Notes under the pieces: model-generated
The model's input: the letters and a program-made list of their open reading frames with translations, nothing else
Databases searched by the model: none
What the model was told of the DNA's origin: nothing
Shown here: piece after piece, positions 1 through 10,169 of the stretch
How the letters are laid out: each line of letters begins with the position of its first letter
How positions within the stretch are numbered: position 1 is the first letter of the stretch
From: Turneriella sp.
GTDB lineage: Bacteria; Spirochaetota; Leptospiria; Turneriellales; Turneriellaceae
DNA: 64,000 bases
Direction of reading: 5' to 3'
NCBI GenBank assembly: GCA_965279515.1
Contig: CBDIID010000003.1
Coordinates: 3,488,001 to 3,552,000, forward strand
Made by a program: the position numbers and the translations under genes

Positions 1-886
1 TAATTTTACCCAGTACACGCCCGGTATCACTCTCGCCCTTGACGGCATTTTCGAGACTCACCTTCAGCATCGCGGTGATCAGCGCCGAACCCGCGCCATG
101 GCCCGAAACATCCGCGACGAAAATACCCGCTTCACCCGAATCGAAGCGAAAGATTTCAAAATAATCGCCGCCCACAGCCACCATCGGTTTAACCCGGCCG
201 GCGATGGCGATACGGTCGTCGGCATACTCGTCGCGCGCGAGGATGGCTTTCTGTACTGTTGCGGCGATCGCCAGGTCGGACGACATTTCCTGGTTGCGTT
301 CAGCGAGTATGCGCCCCTGGTCAAAATAACTCGCCTCAGATTTCTGCAGGCGCAGAACGACAAAACCCAAAATGCCCACGATTGAAAACAGCGCCGTCGT
401 CACCACAACCATATGCAGAATTGCCATGATATTGTTATAGACCGGAATATTGAGTTCCGGTGGCAGCTTGCCCATGAGGTAGAGGACTCCTAATGCGCAA
501 AAGCCCACTGAAGAAAAGCCCGCCGTGAAAAAACCATAGCGCAGATCGGTGACGAGCACCGTGAAAGCCGCGACGACAATGAGCACCATGGTGAAGGGGC
601 TGGCAAAGAGGCCTGTGGCAGAGAGCGCGTAGAGCAGTACAAGGCTGTCGCTGGAGATCATGAAGTAGATCATGATCTTGTCGCCCTTTAGGTTCCAGAA
701 CGAAATAAGCGCCAGTGTATTCATGAACGCCAGCGCTCCGCCTGCTACCGTAATGTAGCGGGCGAAGGGTATATTGAACCAGTTGATCAGGACGGTCGAA
801 AGTGCGATCCAAAAATAGCGGGTATAGACGGCGGCGAGCAACTGCCGCCGGTAGCGCTGGGTCTTTTCGGTGTCGAGGTGGTTCAT
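1..886 (-). CDS. Membrane-anchored SpoIIE/PP2C-type Ser/Thr phosphatase (3'-truncated by window edge)
   Basis: Absent from the ORF track; translated by hand from ATG 886: MNHLDTEKTQRYRRQLL..., ~5 hydrophobic segments, then ...VGGDYFEIF...FVADVSGHGAGSALITAMLKVSL, open to base 1. Promoter-like TTGACC-N17-CACGAT at 924-896. Confidence 0.9.
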   Translation of the reverse strand, partial: MNHLDTEKTQRYRRQLLAAVYTRYFWIALSTVLINWFNIPFARYITVAGGALAFMNTLALISFWNLKGDKIMIYFMISSDSLVLLYALSATGLFASPFTMVLIVVAAFTVLVTDLRYGFFTAGFSSVGFCALGVLYLMGKLPPELNIPVYNNIMAILHMVVVTTALFSIVGILGFVVLRLQKSEASYFDQGRILAERNQEMSSDLAIAATVQKAILARDEYADDRIAIAGRVKPMVAVGGDYFEIFRFDSGEAGIFVADVSGHGAGSALITAMLKVSLENAVKGESDTGRVLGKI

Positions 887-937
887 GCGGGCGACATCGT
901 GGCGATGCGCGACGCGTCGGTCAAGGGATTTATGGGG

Positions 938-1411
938 TCAATAGCTGCCGACGTTCACAACCTTGGGCGCCCCGGATGCCGGTGCAATAATCGTGACGGG
1001 AGCGGGCATACCCTTTGCCGGATCATTTTTAGCAATCCAGACGGTGTAGCGCGCCCCGGCGATCTTTTTCGCACCATACCCTTCGCCGTTCGAAACGGTT
1101 TTGTTCACGCGTGTGATTTGTAATGGGTAGGCATAGTGTTTGAAATTATTGAAATCCTTCTTTAACCCAAATTGTTTTGTGTTGTTCGAGACCGAACCAT
1201 TGTCGTTGACCAGCGTGCCGCCGGCAATTTCGCCAAAGGCCGTTGCGGCGTCTTCGACAGATTTGCTGTCTTTGAGTATTTTTGCATAGGCCTCGACGAT
1301 TGTTTTGACTTCAGCAGGCAGATCTGCCGCCGGAATGTCATCCGCCTTGTTCCATGCATTCAGTGAAGTGAGGGCGCACAGGCATAAGCCGAGCATCAGT
1401 TTTTTCAGCAT
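938..1411 (-). CDS. Secreted hypothetical protein
   Basis: Signal peptide MLKKLMLGLCLCALTSLNA; TTGACC 33 nt upstream of ATG 1411. Confidence 0.75.
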   Translation of the reverse strand: MLKKLMLGLCLCALTSLNAWNKADDIPAADLPAEVKTIVEAYAKILKDSKSVEDAATAFGEIAGGTLVNDNGSVSNNTKQFGLKKDFNNFKHYAYPLQITRVNKTVSNGEGYGAKKIAGARYTVWIAKNDPAKGMPAPVTIIAPASGAPKVVNVGSY

Positions 1412-1460
1412 GATGCTTTTTAATGTTTGGCCGGTGGCGGTCAAGCGCATATCATGCAGC

Positions 1461-3485
1461 CTACTGGTTCAGGAAGATCAGCACGCGTTCGTGGGCGAAG
1501 TCGGCCACCAACAGTGCATTGGGTGTCATCAGAATCGAAGAAGGACTCTTGAACACACGGCCTGAGGCGGGATTCGAGCCGTTGTCATCCACATTGTCCT
1601 GATTGTCATCGTTTGCCGTGACATGCGTGAAATCATTTTGGCCGAGCACGACATTTGCGGGCTGGTTGTTCGCGGTGGGGAACGTATTCCAGATCAGCAC
1701 GCGGTTATTGCCCTTGTCGAGTACGGCGAGACGTATACCATCGCTCGAGACCGCAGCAGGCGCGCTGAGCGAGCTGGCAGACGGGCCGCCGTTGTTCACT
1801 GCACTGGTTGAAAAATTCGGCTGCCCGAGTACGATATCGGCGGCCTGGCCGTTGGTCGTGGGAAAATTATTCCAGATCAGCACACGATGGTAACCTGCAT
1901 CGGCGACCACGAGTTTCTGACCATTGGTCCAGGGTTTACCCGGTGTCATGAGCGTCGTTGGTCCTGCCCCCCCCGCTGTGCAAGAGGTAAAGTTTGTCTG
2001 TCCGAGGACCAGGTTGGGAAACTGCGTACCATTCATGGGCATGGGATTCCAAATCAAAAGCCTGTTGTTTGTCTTATCGGGCAGAATTAGCCTGCCCGCG
2101 GATGCTTCAAGCTGTTCGTTGGTATTGGCAAATTCGCTCTGCGTACAGGTGGCACCGGTGGATCCCTGACCGAATGATGGCGCCGGAAATGCACCCGCGC
2201 TCATCGGCGGTGGCGCAAAAAACGAAAGGTCTGCAGCTGCCGTGGTGTTATTGGTGCGGATCATCAGAGGTCCGTCAACAGCGACCGCGCCGTTAAAACC
2301 TGTCACAATGTACGAGGCCGGTGCATCGTTTACGTTTGGCATCAGATTAAAGACATGTAGTTTGCTGCCCGTCTTTTGGCTGAGATAGAGTGTACCCATC
2401 TGCGCATCCATGTCGACGATGTCGAAGGTACCGGTGGTTCCCTTCGTGGTGAAATTGGCTGAACCCAGAACGAAATTTGCAGCCTGAAAGGTCGTGAACG
2501 AGCCATTGCCGCTGCCAGGGTTAAACATCTGCTCCCCCGGTTTCGGGAAGGTCTGGTCCCAAAGCAGCGAGGGTGTAACTCCCTCAACAATGTACATTTC
2601 CTGTTTCGAACTGCCTTCGGGTACGGCCGATAACAGAACGAGTTCTCCGCCGCGATTCGCACTGTAGAGAACACTGAGGTTGCGTACTTGCACATGCGCA
2701 TTGGCCAGGGAAATGCCCAGTGCCGTAACCGGACCACCCATCGATTGGTAAGATGATGTTTGCACCTGATTTCCCTGGACCGTGAAAAAAGCATCCTGCC
2801 GCTGCACAAACTGGGGATTGATCTGTATCAGGCTATTGCTGCCCTGGCTGCTGTTCATCGCGTTCAGGGTTGCATCCGAAGAATCGGGGCTCATTAGATA
2901 GACCAGCCCTGTCGTCGTGTTGCGGGCGAAGAGGCTCGTGCCAGAAATAGCAATGCCGACGATCTTGAGGCTTGCCCACAAGGTATTGTTGATAGCTGTC
3001 AGCGCCGTGGTGTTTACCGACCCCGAGGTGACATCCGCATAAACGATATCACCTGAAGAATCGTTCACATAGATGCGCACACCCGACGAAGACTTTGTCA
3101 TGGCAAAGGAGATCGTACTATTCCAGGCTTGCTCGGCGGATGACACCGTCATCGGCTGGGGCGCATTGAAAAATGGCAGAACGCCGTCTTCGTTGTACGG
3201 TGTCAGGGATTTCGTGATAAATATGTGGTGCTTACCCGTCGTGCAGCTGCCGCAGGTGCGGTCAGAGCCGAATGCTGCGACCAGGTATCCGTCAGATAAC
3301 CTCACGAGGTAAGGATTGTAATCGTCATAGTCTGCAAGCGAGATGGCTGCACCGTCGGCGGTGCGTAAGGCAAACGCCGTACTGATCTTCGCATCGTCAG
3401 CCTGCTTTAATGCGCAACCGAAATAGAACAAAGCCGGCCACAAAAATAACAGCCGGATTTTTTTCCCTTTAAATACGCGCATCAC
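1461..3485 (-). CDS. NHL-repeat (beta-propeller) lipoprotein
   Basis: Lipobox-like YFGC; repeated 'D.gNnRvLIWn..P..ngq.a..VLGQ.nF' NHL-type repeats in the C-terminal half. Confidence 0.85.
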   Translation of the reverse strand: MMRVFKGKKIRLLFLWPALFYFGCALKQADDAKISTAFALRTADGAAISLADYDDYNPYLVRLSDGYLVAAFGSDRTCGSCTTGKHHIFITKSLTPYNEDGVLPFFNAPQPMTVSSAEQAWNSTISFAMTKSSSGVRIYVNDSSGDIVYADVTSGSVNTTALTAINNTLWASLKIVGIAISGTSLFARNTTTGLVYLMSPDSSDATLNAMNSSQGSNSLIQINPQFVQRQDAFFTVQGNQVQTSSYQSMGGPVTALGISLANAHVQVRNLSVLYSANRGGELVLLSAVPEGSSKQEMYIVEGVTPSLLWDQTFPKPGEQMFNPGSGNGSFTTFQAANFVLGSANFTTKGTTGTFDIVDMDAQMGTLYLSQKTGSKLHVFNLMPNVNDAPASYIVTGFNGAVAVDGPLMIRTNNTTAAADLSFFAPPPMSAGAFPAPSFGQGSTGATCTQSEFANTNEQLEASAGRLILPDKTNNRLLIWNPMPMNGTQFPNLVLGQTNFTSCTAGGAGPTTLMTPGKPWTNGQKLVVADAGYHRVLIWNNFPTTNGQAADIVLGQPNFSTSAVNNGGPSASSLSAPAAVSSDGIRLAVLDKGNNRVLIWNTFPTANNQPANVVLGQNDFTHVTANDDNQDNVDDNGSNPASGRVFKSPSSILMTPNALLVADFAHERVLIFLNQ

Positions 3486-3519
3486 ATCCCCCTGCCTTTT
3501 ACAACAAAATCATATATCA

Positions 3520-4908
3520 TCAAAATACCACCGTCAGACTCACCAGGTGCGCCATCCGCAAATCGGAGCCGCTGCTACCGTCTGAATTCGTACCCGGGTA
3601 AGCCGCGCCCGGTTTAAAAACACCAAAGCCATAGAAGAACTGGATATCGGTAAAAACACCGTACGTCAGCGCGACATCCAGCCCCTGGCCGACATCCGCA
3701 TTGTCTTCCGTTGCATAGGTATCAGAGATACCGCCCTTGGCTTTTGTTTTGCGGTAAAGCGAGTACTTAACCTGGGTGCCCAGATTGCGCAGCGCATGGA
3801 TAAATTTCAGTGGCCGCAGCTGAAAGCCGGCACGGTAGATTGTCATGTTGGTGAGCCGCGGCTTGAGCGCGAGCCCGGCTGAAAAGCTGCCATACGCCTG
3901 AAAGGCATTGTAGTTGCCGGAGTTATTGCTCTGCGACGGTGTGGAAACGCTGGTGCTGTCTTCATCGCCGCTGCCCATGGCAAAATCGGCAACGAATTGC
4001 GAGTCGATGCGCTTGAGTACAGGAAGGGTCCAGCTGAAATTGGCAATCACCGCATAGGCCTGTATTGCCGCCGCGGTCGAAACGCCGTTGCTCACGGCGT
4101 TGAAGGCATTACCGCCCTGGTAAATGGCATCGATGCGGTAACGGTAATTCGCATTGTAGATATATCCTAAAAGCCCGATGCCCGCATAATACGGATTATA
4201 TTCGTACCGCGTTGTATTCGACGAGGCTTCGCTGATCATATCTTTGGAAACCAGCGAGTACAAGGAAAGCTGGCCGCCCAAAAAAACCGGGGAGGTATAG
4301 TCGACAACACCAAACACCCGCTGGCCTGAGTTCTGCACTCCCGAATCGGCGCTCAATGTCGGTGTCGATACGAACGCATTGGTATCGCCTGCACAACCGG
4401 TCACATTCAGTGCGCAGTTTTTAGAGCCATAGTCGGCAGAATACAGCCCCATGCCGCGCAGCGTACCAAAAGAAAAGGTGCCCGTATATGCAGCGCCGTC
4501 GGCAAAGTTGGCAAACAATATGCCCTGCTCGGTCATGAAAAAATTTCTGCCGAAATTGAAGCGGTGGTTTCCGAAGGTGGCATCCACAGAGAAAATTTCC
4601 ATGGCTCCTGAAACGCTGGTCTGCTGTGTACCGTTGGTAGGCGCTTCGATGTAGCGTTTCACCGTCAGGTTTCCCCGCACGAGGGTTTCAAACCGGCGGT
4701 CGTAGGTATACTTGAGGTAAGGCCGGTAAAACCCCGAGAACAATCCCTTCGTAATCGTTTTATCCTGGTAAAAGGTATTGGTCGTGATTGCGCCCAACCG
4801 CACGTTGTGATTGCTGGTAATAGCTTCTTCTGCCGCTTCTGCGCGGAGCGCACCGGCCGAAGCAACAGCGAGGCACAAAGGCAAAACTTTGAAATATTTG
4901 AATCCCAT
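3520..4908 (-). CDS. Putative outer-membrane beta-barrel (alginate-export-like)
   Basis: Signal peptide, alternating aromatic/hydrophobic strands, C-terminal Phe (LVSLTVVF). Confidence 0.65.
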   Translation of the reverse strand: MGFKYFKVLPLCLAVASAGALRAEAAEEAITSNHNVRLGAITTNTFYQDKTITKGLFSGFYRPYLKYTYDRRFETLVRGNLTVKRYIEAPTNGTQQTSVSGAMEIFSVDATFGNHRFNFGRNFFMTEQGILFANFADGAAYTGTFSFGTLRGMGLYSADYGSKNCALNVTGCAGDTNAFVSTPTLSADSGVQNSGQRVFGVVDYTSPVFLGGQLSLYSLVSKDMISEASSNTTRYEYNPYYAGIGLLGYIYNANYRYRIDAIYQGGNAFNAVSNGVSTAAAIQAYAVIANFSWTLPVLKRIDSQFVADFAMGSGDEDSTSVSTPSQSNNSGNYNAFQAYGSFSAGLALKPRLTNMTIYRAGFQLRPLKFIHALRNLGTQVKYSLYRKTKAKGGISDTYATEDNADVGQGLDVALTYGVFTDIQFFYGFGVFKPGAAYPGTNSDGSSGSDLRMAHLVSLTVVF

Positions 4909-4915
4909 GTTCGCG

Positions 4916-6058
4916 TCAGAATTTACGCAGTACAGGCACGACTGCAGTGCCCTGCTGATTGAAGCGGTTTACGTTATTGAACAATCTCTGGAAATCATTG
5001 CCCATGCCGGCCTGGTTGTCGATATTGTTAAACATGAACATGCCTTCCTGGCGTGTTTGTCCCGGCATATTCGCCTGCTGGGGCCGCAGCTTTTGCATCT
5101 CGCTTTGCAAGGGATTCATTACCTTCATGCCCTGCGTCTGCGCGCCATTGCCTTCGGCGATTGTCAGCGAACGGTTCAGGCCTTCGAGTTTTGCCTGCTG
5201 CTGTTTTGCGCCCGCTTCGAGGCTTTTAATCTCTTCGCGGATCTCCTGGATGTTGCGTGGTTCATCGGAGTTTTTTTCACGCAGCTGGGCATTCTTTTCA
5301 GCGATCTTGTCTTTGGTCTCGCCGAGTGCCTGAGCGACATTTTGTCTCTCTGCGAATAATTTCAGAATTTGCACACGGTTGCCGATTTCCCGGGACCGGG
5401 CTTCGACATTTTGCAGCCGCGCACGCGCTGAATCAGCGAGCTGCGCATCTTGTTTCTGCAGGCAGGCCCTTGCTTCGCCCGCCTCGAGGGCGCTGCTTTC
5501 TTGCTGCGCGACGGCATTCAGCAGTGTCGCGCGGATCAGTTCTTTCTCTGAAGGCGCGGGTGCGGGTTCCAGGAAGGCCGGTGAGTGCAGGGCATTCACG
5601 GCGAAGTGCTGACCATGGCGGCGCGCACTGAGAAAAGAGCCGCGCACGCCCGCGACGGCGGTTGCGCTTCTGACTTTGAAGACATTCATTTTGCCTTCAT
5701 CGGCGCGCGGCACAAAGGAATTCACGCCGCCATTGGCTAGATGCACTTCGACATTGCTGCCATCGTTCGTGGCGGCGATCTGGTTGAAACTGATCGTGGT
5801 ATTGGGTTTCAGTGATAACTGGCTGCCAGTCCGTAACATGACGATGACGCGGCTGTTGTAGCCGGTCTGTATTGTAGAAGAGGGATAGACTAAGGTTCCC
5901 AGGCCGGCAGCGACCCAGCGGCCATTTTCAAAAATCTGGGCTTTACCTTGCAACCCTGAAATTTTGCCCGCGGGCTGTTCAGCGGCAGTTGCCGGTGAGA
6001 ACGGCGAAACAGCCATAAAGGCCAGGACTCCTGAAAATACCAAAATGTTTGCTCTCAT
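4916..6058 (-). CDS. Exported FecR-domain protein with coiled coil and Q/M/N-rich tail
   Basis: Signal peptide; FecR motifs IQTGYNSRV...FKVRSATAVAGVRGS. Confidence 0.75.
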   Translation of the reverse strand: MRANILVFSGVLAFMAVSPFSPATAAEQPAGKISGLQGKAQIFENGRWVAAGLGTLVYPSSTIQTGYNSRVIVMLRTGSQLSLKPNTTISFNQIAATNDGSNVEVHLANGGVNSFVPRADEGKMNVFKVRSATAVAGVRGSFLSARRHGQHFAVNALHSPAFLEPAPAPSEKELIRATLLNAVAQQESSALEAGEARACLQKQDAQLADSARARLQNVEARSREIGNRVQILKLFAERQNVAQALGETKDKIAEKNAQLREKNSDEPRNIQEIREEIKSLEAGAKQQQAKLEGLNRSLTIAEGNGAQTQGMKVMNPLQSEMQKLRPQQANMPGQTRQEGMFMFNNIDNQAGMGNDFQRLFNNVNRFNQQGTAVVPVLRKF

Positions 6059-6069
6059 AGATTCTCCGC

Positions 6070-6711
6070 TTATTTCCTGTTTATTTTTGCCGGGCCAACC
6101 GGGTTGTTATACATCTCTTCGTAGGTTTCGTAACCGAATTCCCGGTAGGGGTTTTCTTCTGAATTCCAGTTTTTGACTTCGTCGGCCTGGGCGAGCGCCT
6201 CATCCATGAGGCTCATCAGCTCGGCCCCGGTGATGCCATCGCTTGCCGAAAGTCCATCGGCAACGAGGCCGAGGCCTTCGGCATTTTGCAGGGCATACCA
6301 TGACCAGCCGGTTAACCGGAACATAAAACTTTTCTGTAAGCCATGCGCATTGATGGCGGCTTTCGCGGCTGCACCCAAGGTGAGATTTTCTGCATAGATG
6401 TCTTTGATGCCGGCGGTTTTCAGTATGCCCAATTCCGTGACCCGGGTGCAGCGGTCGGCATCGGTGGCATAACGGGCATATTCACCGCGTTGCAGAAGCA
6501 CGATGCGACAGGCATCGGCATACGTCGCGCGCGGTTTCACCTGCAGCGCACGTACGGCCGCCATTTCGGGATCATCGGTTCGCGTCGGGGCCTGCGGCTG
6601 CAGCTCGGTTTGTTCCGTTTTGAGCTTTTGAGGTTTTTTGGGGCGCCGTGTTCCCGGTCTCTGGGCGGCCAGCGCAAATGTTAAAAGGAGGAAAATCGCG
6701 ATTCTTAGCAT
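6070..6711 (-). CDS. Exported hypothetical protein, possible SLH-like helical repeats
   Basis: Signal peptide; three spaced motifs ATYADAC / LTLGAAA / ITGAELM resembling SLH 'TRAE' helices; first gene of the 6711-1461 operon. Confidence 0.6.
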   Translation of the reverse strand: MLRIAIFLLLTFALAAQRPGTRRPKKPQKLKTEQTELQPQAPTRTDDPEMAAVRALQVKPRATYADACRIVLLQRGEYARYATDADRCTRVTELGILKTAGIKDIYAENLTLGAAAKAAINAHGLQKSFMFRLTGWSWYALQNAEGLGLVADGLSASDGITGAELMSLMDEALAQADEVKNWNSEENPYREFGYETYEEMYNNPVGPAKINRK

Positions 6712-6863
6712 AGTTAGATACTCAGCCCTGACTTAGACGAGGAAAATTCCGGTTTTACCGGACAATTTTTTGATTTTTTTTATAAAAAGACGAAAATCGC
6801 GGATATTTTAACGCATGGCATGGGGATTTGAAATATACACCCCACGCGAGGCTTTCGTTCTGC

Positions 6864-7253
6864 ATGCGGACTGAACAAATGGATGAAGTTTATTGCGCGA
6901 CGTTTATCTTTAAGAAGGGCAATTTCGATGAGGAATTCCATCGTTTAGACAAACGCGTTGCTGATTTTGCGCGGGCTACGCAGGGATATCTCGGTGAAGA
7001 GAGTTATGAGAACGCAGAGAATGGCCAGATCATCAATCTGTATTACTGGAATGATCCGGAGGGATTAAGGGCTTTGATGCAAAACCATGACCATCGACAG
7101 GCAAAGCAGCAGCAGGAGAGGTGGTTGGACGGTTACCAGGTCATTGTGTCCAAGGTTTTGGCTGCGTACAATAATGGCAAGTTTGTACATCCCCTGCAGT
7201 CCGTGGGTTTGCGTTCAGCGATTCTGCCGAGAGCAGGCGGGGAATCCGACTAA
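6864..7253 (+). CDS. Antibiotic-biosynthesis-monooxygenase (ABM/DUF4188-like) family protein
   Basis: GYLGEES...YYW...L...H..AK....RW...Y pattern; start codon uncertain (6864 or 6879). Confidence 0.75.
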   Translation: MRTEQMDEVYCATFIFKKGNFDEEFHRLDKRVADFARATQGYLGEESYENAENGQIINLYYWNDPEGLRALMQNHDHRQAKQQQERWLDGYQVIVSKVLAAYNNGKFVHPLQSVGLRSAILPRAGGESD

Positions 7254-7307
7254 TTCCCTTAAGAGCAGTAAAAGTTGCATCACTGATGGTGTTCGAAATG
7301 ATGACCT

Positions 7308-7952
7308 ATGCTAAAATTAACACCATGGCTGTATTTTTTAATGGTGCTATTGTCCACAGCGTCCATTTCTTCAGCAGAGATAGCAAGTAGCAAGCCTTCT
7401 GAGATAAATTCCCCGAGTCGCAGTCTAAACCGATGGGGCGTTGGCGTCTCTGGAGGCGGTCCGGGGCTTCTCTATTCACTCAACGGCGATTACTACATCA
7501 CGCCGAATATCGATATTGAGCTTGGCGGCTCTTTTATACCTCTATATTCTTCCAGCGGATCTAATAATTGGAACTTTTTCGGCGCATACTTTGGAGCAAA
7601 GTACGCGTTCTTGGGGCATCAACCGGGCCAGCGCTGGAGTCCGTATTTAGGAGTGATGGCGACTGTTTGGATCTTGGGCGGAGACGTAGCATTCGCAACA
7701 GGAAATAGCATCTTCTCTTCCCAGGTTTCAACAGAAAAAGCCTACGCTCCGTTTTTTGGAGCTTATTTTCCGTTGGGCATTGAGTTGATCGCCTTCAATG
7801 GCTTCACATTTGCGTTCGAATTAGCGTATCTTTATATACCATCCAGCAGCGTCACCTTGAATTCAAAAACGGTACCTGGTGCAACTTCGACGATGAGTAT
7901 TTCAAATGTTTCGAGTCCTTACGCTGCTATCAGGTTTGGATTTCATTTTTGA
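7308..7952 (+). CDS. Small outer-membrane beta-barrel protein
   Basis: Signal peptide, amphipathic strands (SPYLG, FAFELAY), C-terminal FGFHF. Confidence 0.7.
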   Translation: MLKLTPWLYFLMVLLSTASISSAEIASSKPSEINSPSRSLNRWGVGVSGGGPGLLYSLNGDYYITPNIDIELGGSFIPLYSSSGSNNWNFFGAYFGAKYAFLGHQPGQRWSPYLGVMATVWILGGDVAFATGNSIFSSQVSTEKAYAPFFGAYFPLGIELIAFNGFTFAFELAYLYIPSSSVTLNSKTVPGATSTMSISNVSSPYAAIRFGFHF

Positions 7953-8151
7953 TTTTTTGGTCATGTATTTACTGATGACATGCCTGTTGGCGCTGGCTCT
8001 TCCCGAAGCCCGAGAGCGGCCGGGCTAAGAGCTGGCGGCGCTGAGGGATTTCTCGCTGCGAAGAGGTGATGCAGATCGGTTTGATTCTTTCGCCGGCCCC
8101 GGAGTTATCGCGTTAGAGGCACCGAATGGCCGTCTCATGCGTCTCTCAAGG

Positions 8152-8523
8152 TTATTTGGCTGAAAACTTTACTGCCGCCGAATCGCAGGTCCTATAATCC
8201 ATCGCCGCGCAGTACGAGTAGATAATCACGCTGTACTCCCTGTCGATCACCCGGCTAAATTTATGGCCAAAATCAGGAAAGTCCCGGTCGCTCAGTTTAT
8301 CAAAAGAAACGGTAGGTGCCTGAATTCGAATACAACTTACCCCGATTTCGCTGACGTATATGAGAATTCCGGTTTCCCTATCTAAAACGCGGGCGAATTT
8401 TTCAAAACCCTTCAGTTCATATTCTTTGCTGACCACAGGCGTTGTCACAGTTGTGGTTTTGCAACGGTTAAAAAACATGAAAAGGGCTGAAAGGAGAAAT
8501 AGTACCCGGGCGCTGTTGCTCAT
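8152..8523 (-). CDS. Hypothetical lipoprotein with an internal duplication
   Basis: Lipobox FNRC; duplicated KFARVLDRETGILIY / KFSRVIDREYSVIIY. Confidence 0.65.
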   Translation of the reverse strand: MSNSARVLFLLSALFMFFNRCKTTTVTTPVVSKEYELKGFEKFARVLDRETGILIYVSEIGVSCIRIQAPTVSFDKLSDRDFPDFGHKFSRVIDREYSVIIYSYCAAMDYRTCDSAAVKFSAK

Positions 8524-8582
8524 AGAATGCCCTCGATTTGGCTATGCCGGCTGCGGCGTCAATGCTTCTTCGGGGGACAGGC

Positions 8583-8645
8583 CGAGCACGCGAGGGCCCA
8601 CGGGGCCGCAGCGAGCGCAGCGGGTATTTCTTGTTGTGCGTAGTT
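8583..8645 (+). repeat. 3' half of an attC-like palindromic element
   Basis: CGAGCACG...GCGCAGCGGGTATTTCTTGTTGTGCGTAGTT; the end is the reverse complement of the motif at 9261-9287. Confidence 0.55.
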
Positions 8646-8683
8646 ACGGTAGACGGAATAAAAACTAATAGAAGTTTGTCGAT

Positions 8684-9262
8684 ATGCTCCGGTGGGTTAT
8701 TATTTTTTCTGTGGCAGGTGGCCTTTGCTGTCAGAGCCGGAGAATTCTAACTCATAAGGAAGGAGCGCTGGATTACCTTATTCAAGGTGAGTATTCAATT
8801 CATGAAATTAGGGAGGGTGGGGCTAGTGCCGTAGATGTCGTTGTGGTTGAAATAAAAGAGAATAATGGAATTTATTCCGGCATCATGGAGAGAAAAGTCA
8901 TTCACCTAATTAAACAAGGCAAGGTTATGGCTGAATTTCAAGCTAAGTTGTATGGGCCACGGCATTCCAAGAATGAGATAATCTTTCGGGATGAAATAAT
9001 ATTTTCTTGTGAGTCAAAACTGAGACCCGGAATAAAAAAAGCGCCCAAAGATCTGACGGAAGCCGATTTTGATCGCAAATGGTGCAGAGACAAATATCAA
9101 TTATCTGAGTATAACGATGCAGAAAAGTCAGAAGAGTTTGGCGCTGTTTATTTTACTGTTAAAAGTAATTCTGAAATCTGGTGGTATACAGGAGCGGGGC
9201 AGCCAATTAAACTATTTCGAAAAATGGTCATTCCGGAAGGTGCAAAAACGCCGAAACCGTAA
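8684..9262 (+). CDS. AT-rich hypothetical lipoprotein (cassette-like)
   Basis: 192-aa ORF, GGLCC lipobox-like, visibly AT-richer than its flanks. Confidence 0.65.
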   Translation: MLRWVIIFSVAGGLCCQSRRILTHKEGALDYLIQGEYSIHEIREGGASAVDVVVVEIKENNGIYSGIMERKVIHLIKQGKVMAEFQAKLYGPRHSKNEIIFRDEIIFSCESKLRPGIKKAPKDLTEADFDRKWCRDKYQLSEYNDAEKSEEFGAVYFTVKSNSEIWWYTGAGQPIKLFRKMVIPEGAKTPKP

Positions 9263-9412
9263 TTACGCACCACGTGGAAAATACCCGAATTGCGTTCTCG
9301 CGGGTGTAAAATGGTTTCATTCTCGGTTTTATGCGCCTATCGTGGGAGCGCATTTGCTCGGAGCGCCTCGCGAGCACGGCAAAACGCACCGCCCGGTGCG
9401 CCGGGCGCAGCG
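9261..9412 (+). repeat. Degenerate attC-like palindromic element
   Basis: AATTACGCACCAC..GAAAATACCCG overlaps the stop codon; ends in CGAGCACG...GCGCAGCG, as at 8583-8622. Confidence 0.55.
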
Positions 9413-9560
9413 ATCTTTGGATTGGGTGCCCTTATCGGCTTTTAGATGCATTGCGGGCGCCTGTAATGCTATCAAGGGTGCTGGCAGATTGTACAGAAAC
9501 CATGATCATATTCTTTTTCGACGGCTTGACGCACCGATTTCCTTTTATCGGAATGTCCGT

Positions 9561-10169
9561 GTGAGATATCAATTTCCAATTGGCATTACGGCACTGCTTG
9601 CTCTCGTAAACATCGTACCGCTTAGTGCTGCTAGTGACCCGATGACATTGATCACTGAAAAATCATGCAAGTGCATCGAAGCTCTCGATCATGCTCAATT
9701 CAAAACTCAGGAGCAGCGTAATATGCAGCTCGGACTTTGCGTAATCAAAAGCGCAAAGGGTTTCGAAAAATATCTCAAAATTGAAAAGAATATCGACATG
9801 GAGAAAATTGCCGAAGGTGATCATGGCACCAGGCTTGGTTACCTTTTCGCGTTGGAAGCTGCCAGCGTTTGTCCGAACACTTTTGCAAAAATCGCGAGTG
9901 AGGACGACGATAAGGTCACGAGAACGGTATCCGGAAAGATTACCGACATCAATTCCGGAGTCTATACAAAGATAACGCTAGAAGATGCGACCGGCAAGAT
10001 GAGCAGCCTATACTGGATTTTCAACTTCGATAATTCAAATATTTTGCTAAGTACGCAAAAGGACAAGAACGAGCGATTTGAGTTTAGTTATACAGAGAAA
10101 GAGATTTATTTCCATGCTCGGAAAGAATATCATAAAGTGAAAATTATTTCCGCGGTGAGAAAACTGTGA
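9561..10169 (+). CDS. Secreted hypothetical protein
   Basis: Probable GTG start at 9561 (MRYQFPIGITALLALVNIVPLSA signal); Cys pattern SCKC...GLC...VCP; the upstream 9069 extension is not protein-like. Confidence 0.7.
   Translation: MRYQFPIGITALLALVNIVPLSAASDPMTLITEKSCKCIEALDHAQFKTQEQRNMQLGLCVIKSAKGFEKYLKIEKNIDMEKIAEGDHGTRLGYLFALEAASVCPNTFAKIASEDDDKVTRTVSGKITDINSGVYTKITLEDATGKMSSLYWIFNFDNSNILLSTQKDKNERFEFSYTEKEIYFHARKEYHKVKIISAVRKL

Noticed and set aside
79..812. Track ORFs 79-363, 98-385 and 435-812
   Set aside because: Shadow frames of the real minus-strand SpoIIE gene starting at 886.
9069..9560. N-terminal extension of the 366-aa ORF
   Set aside because: Overlaps another gene and a palindromic repeat; the signal peptide begins at GTG 9561.
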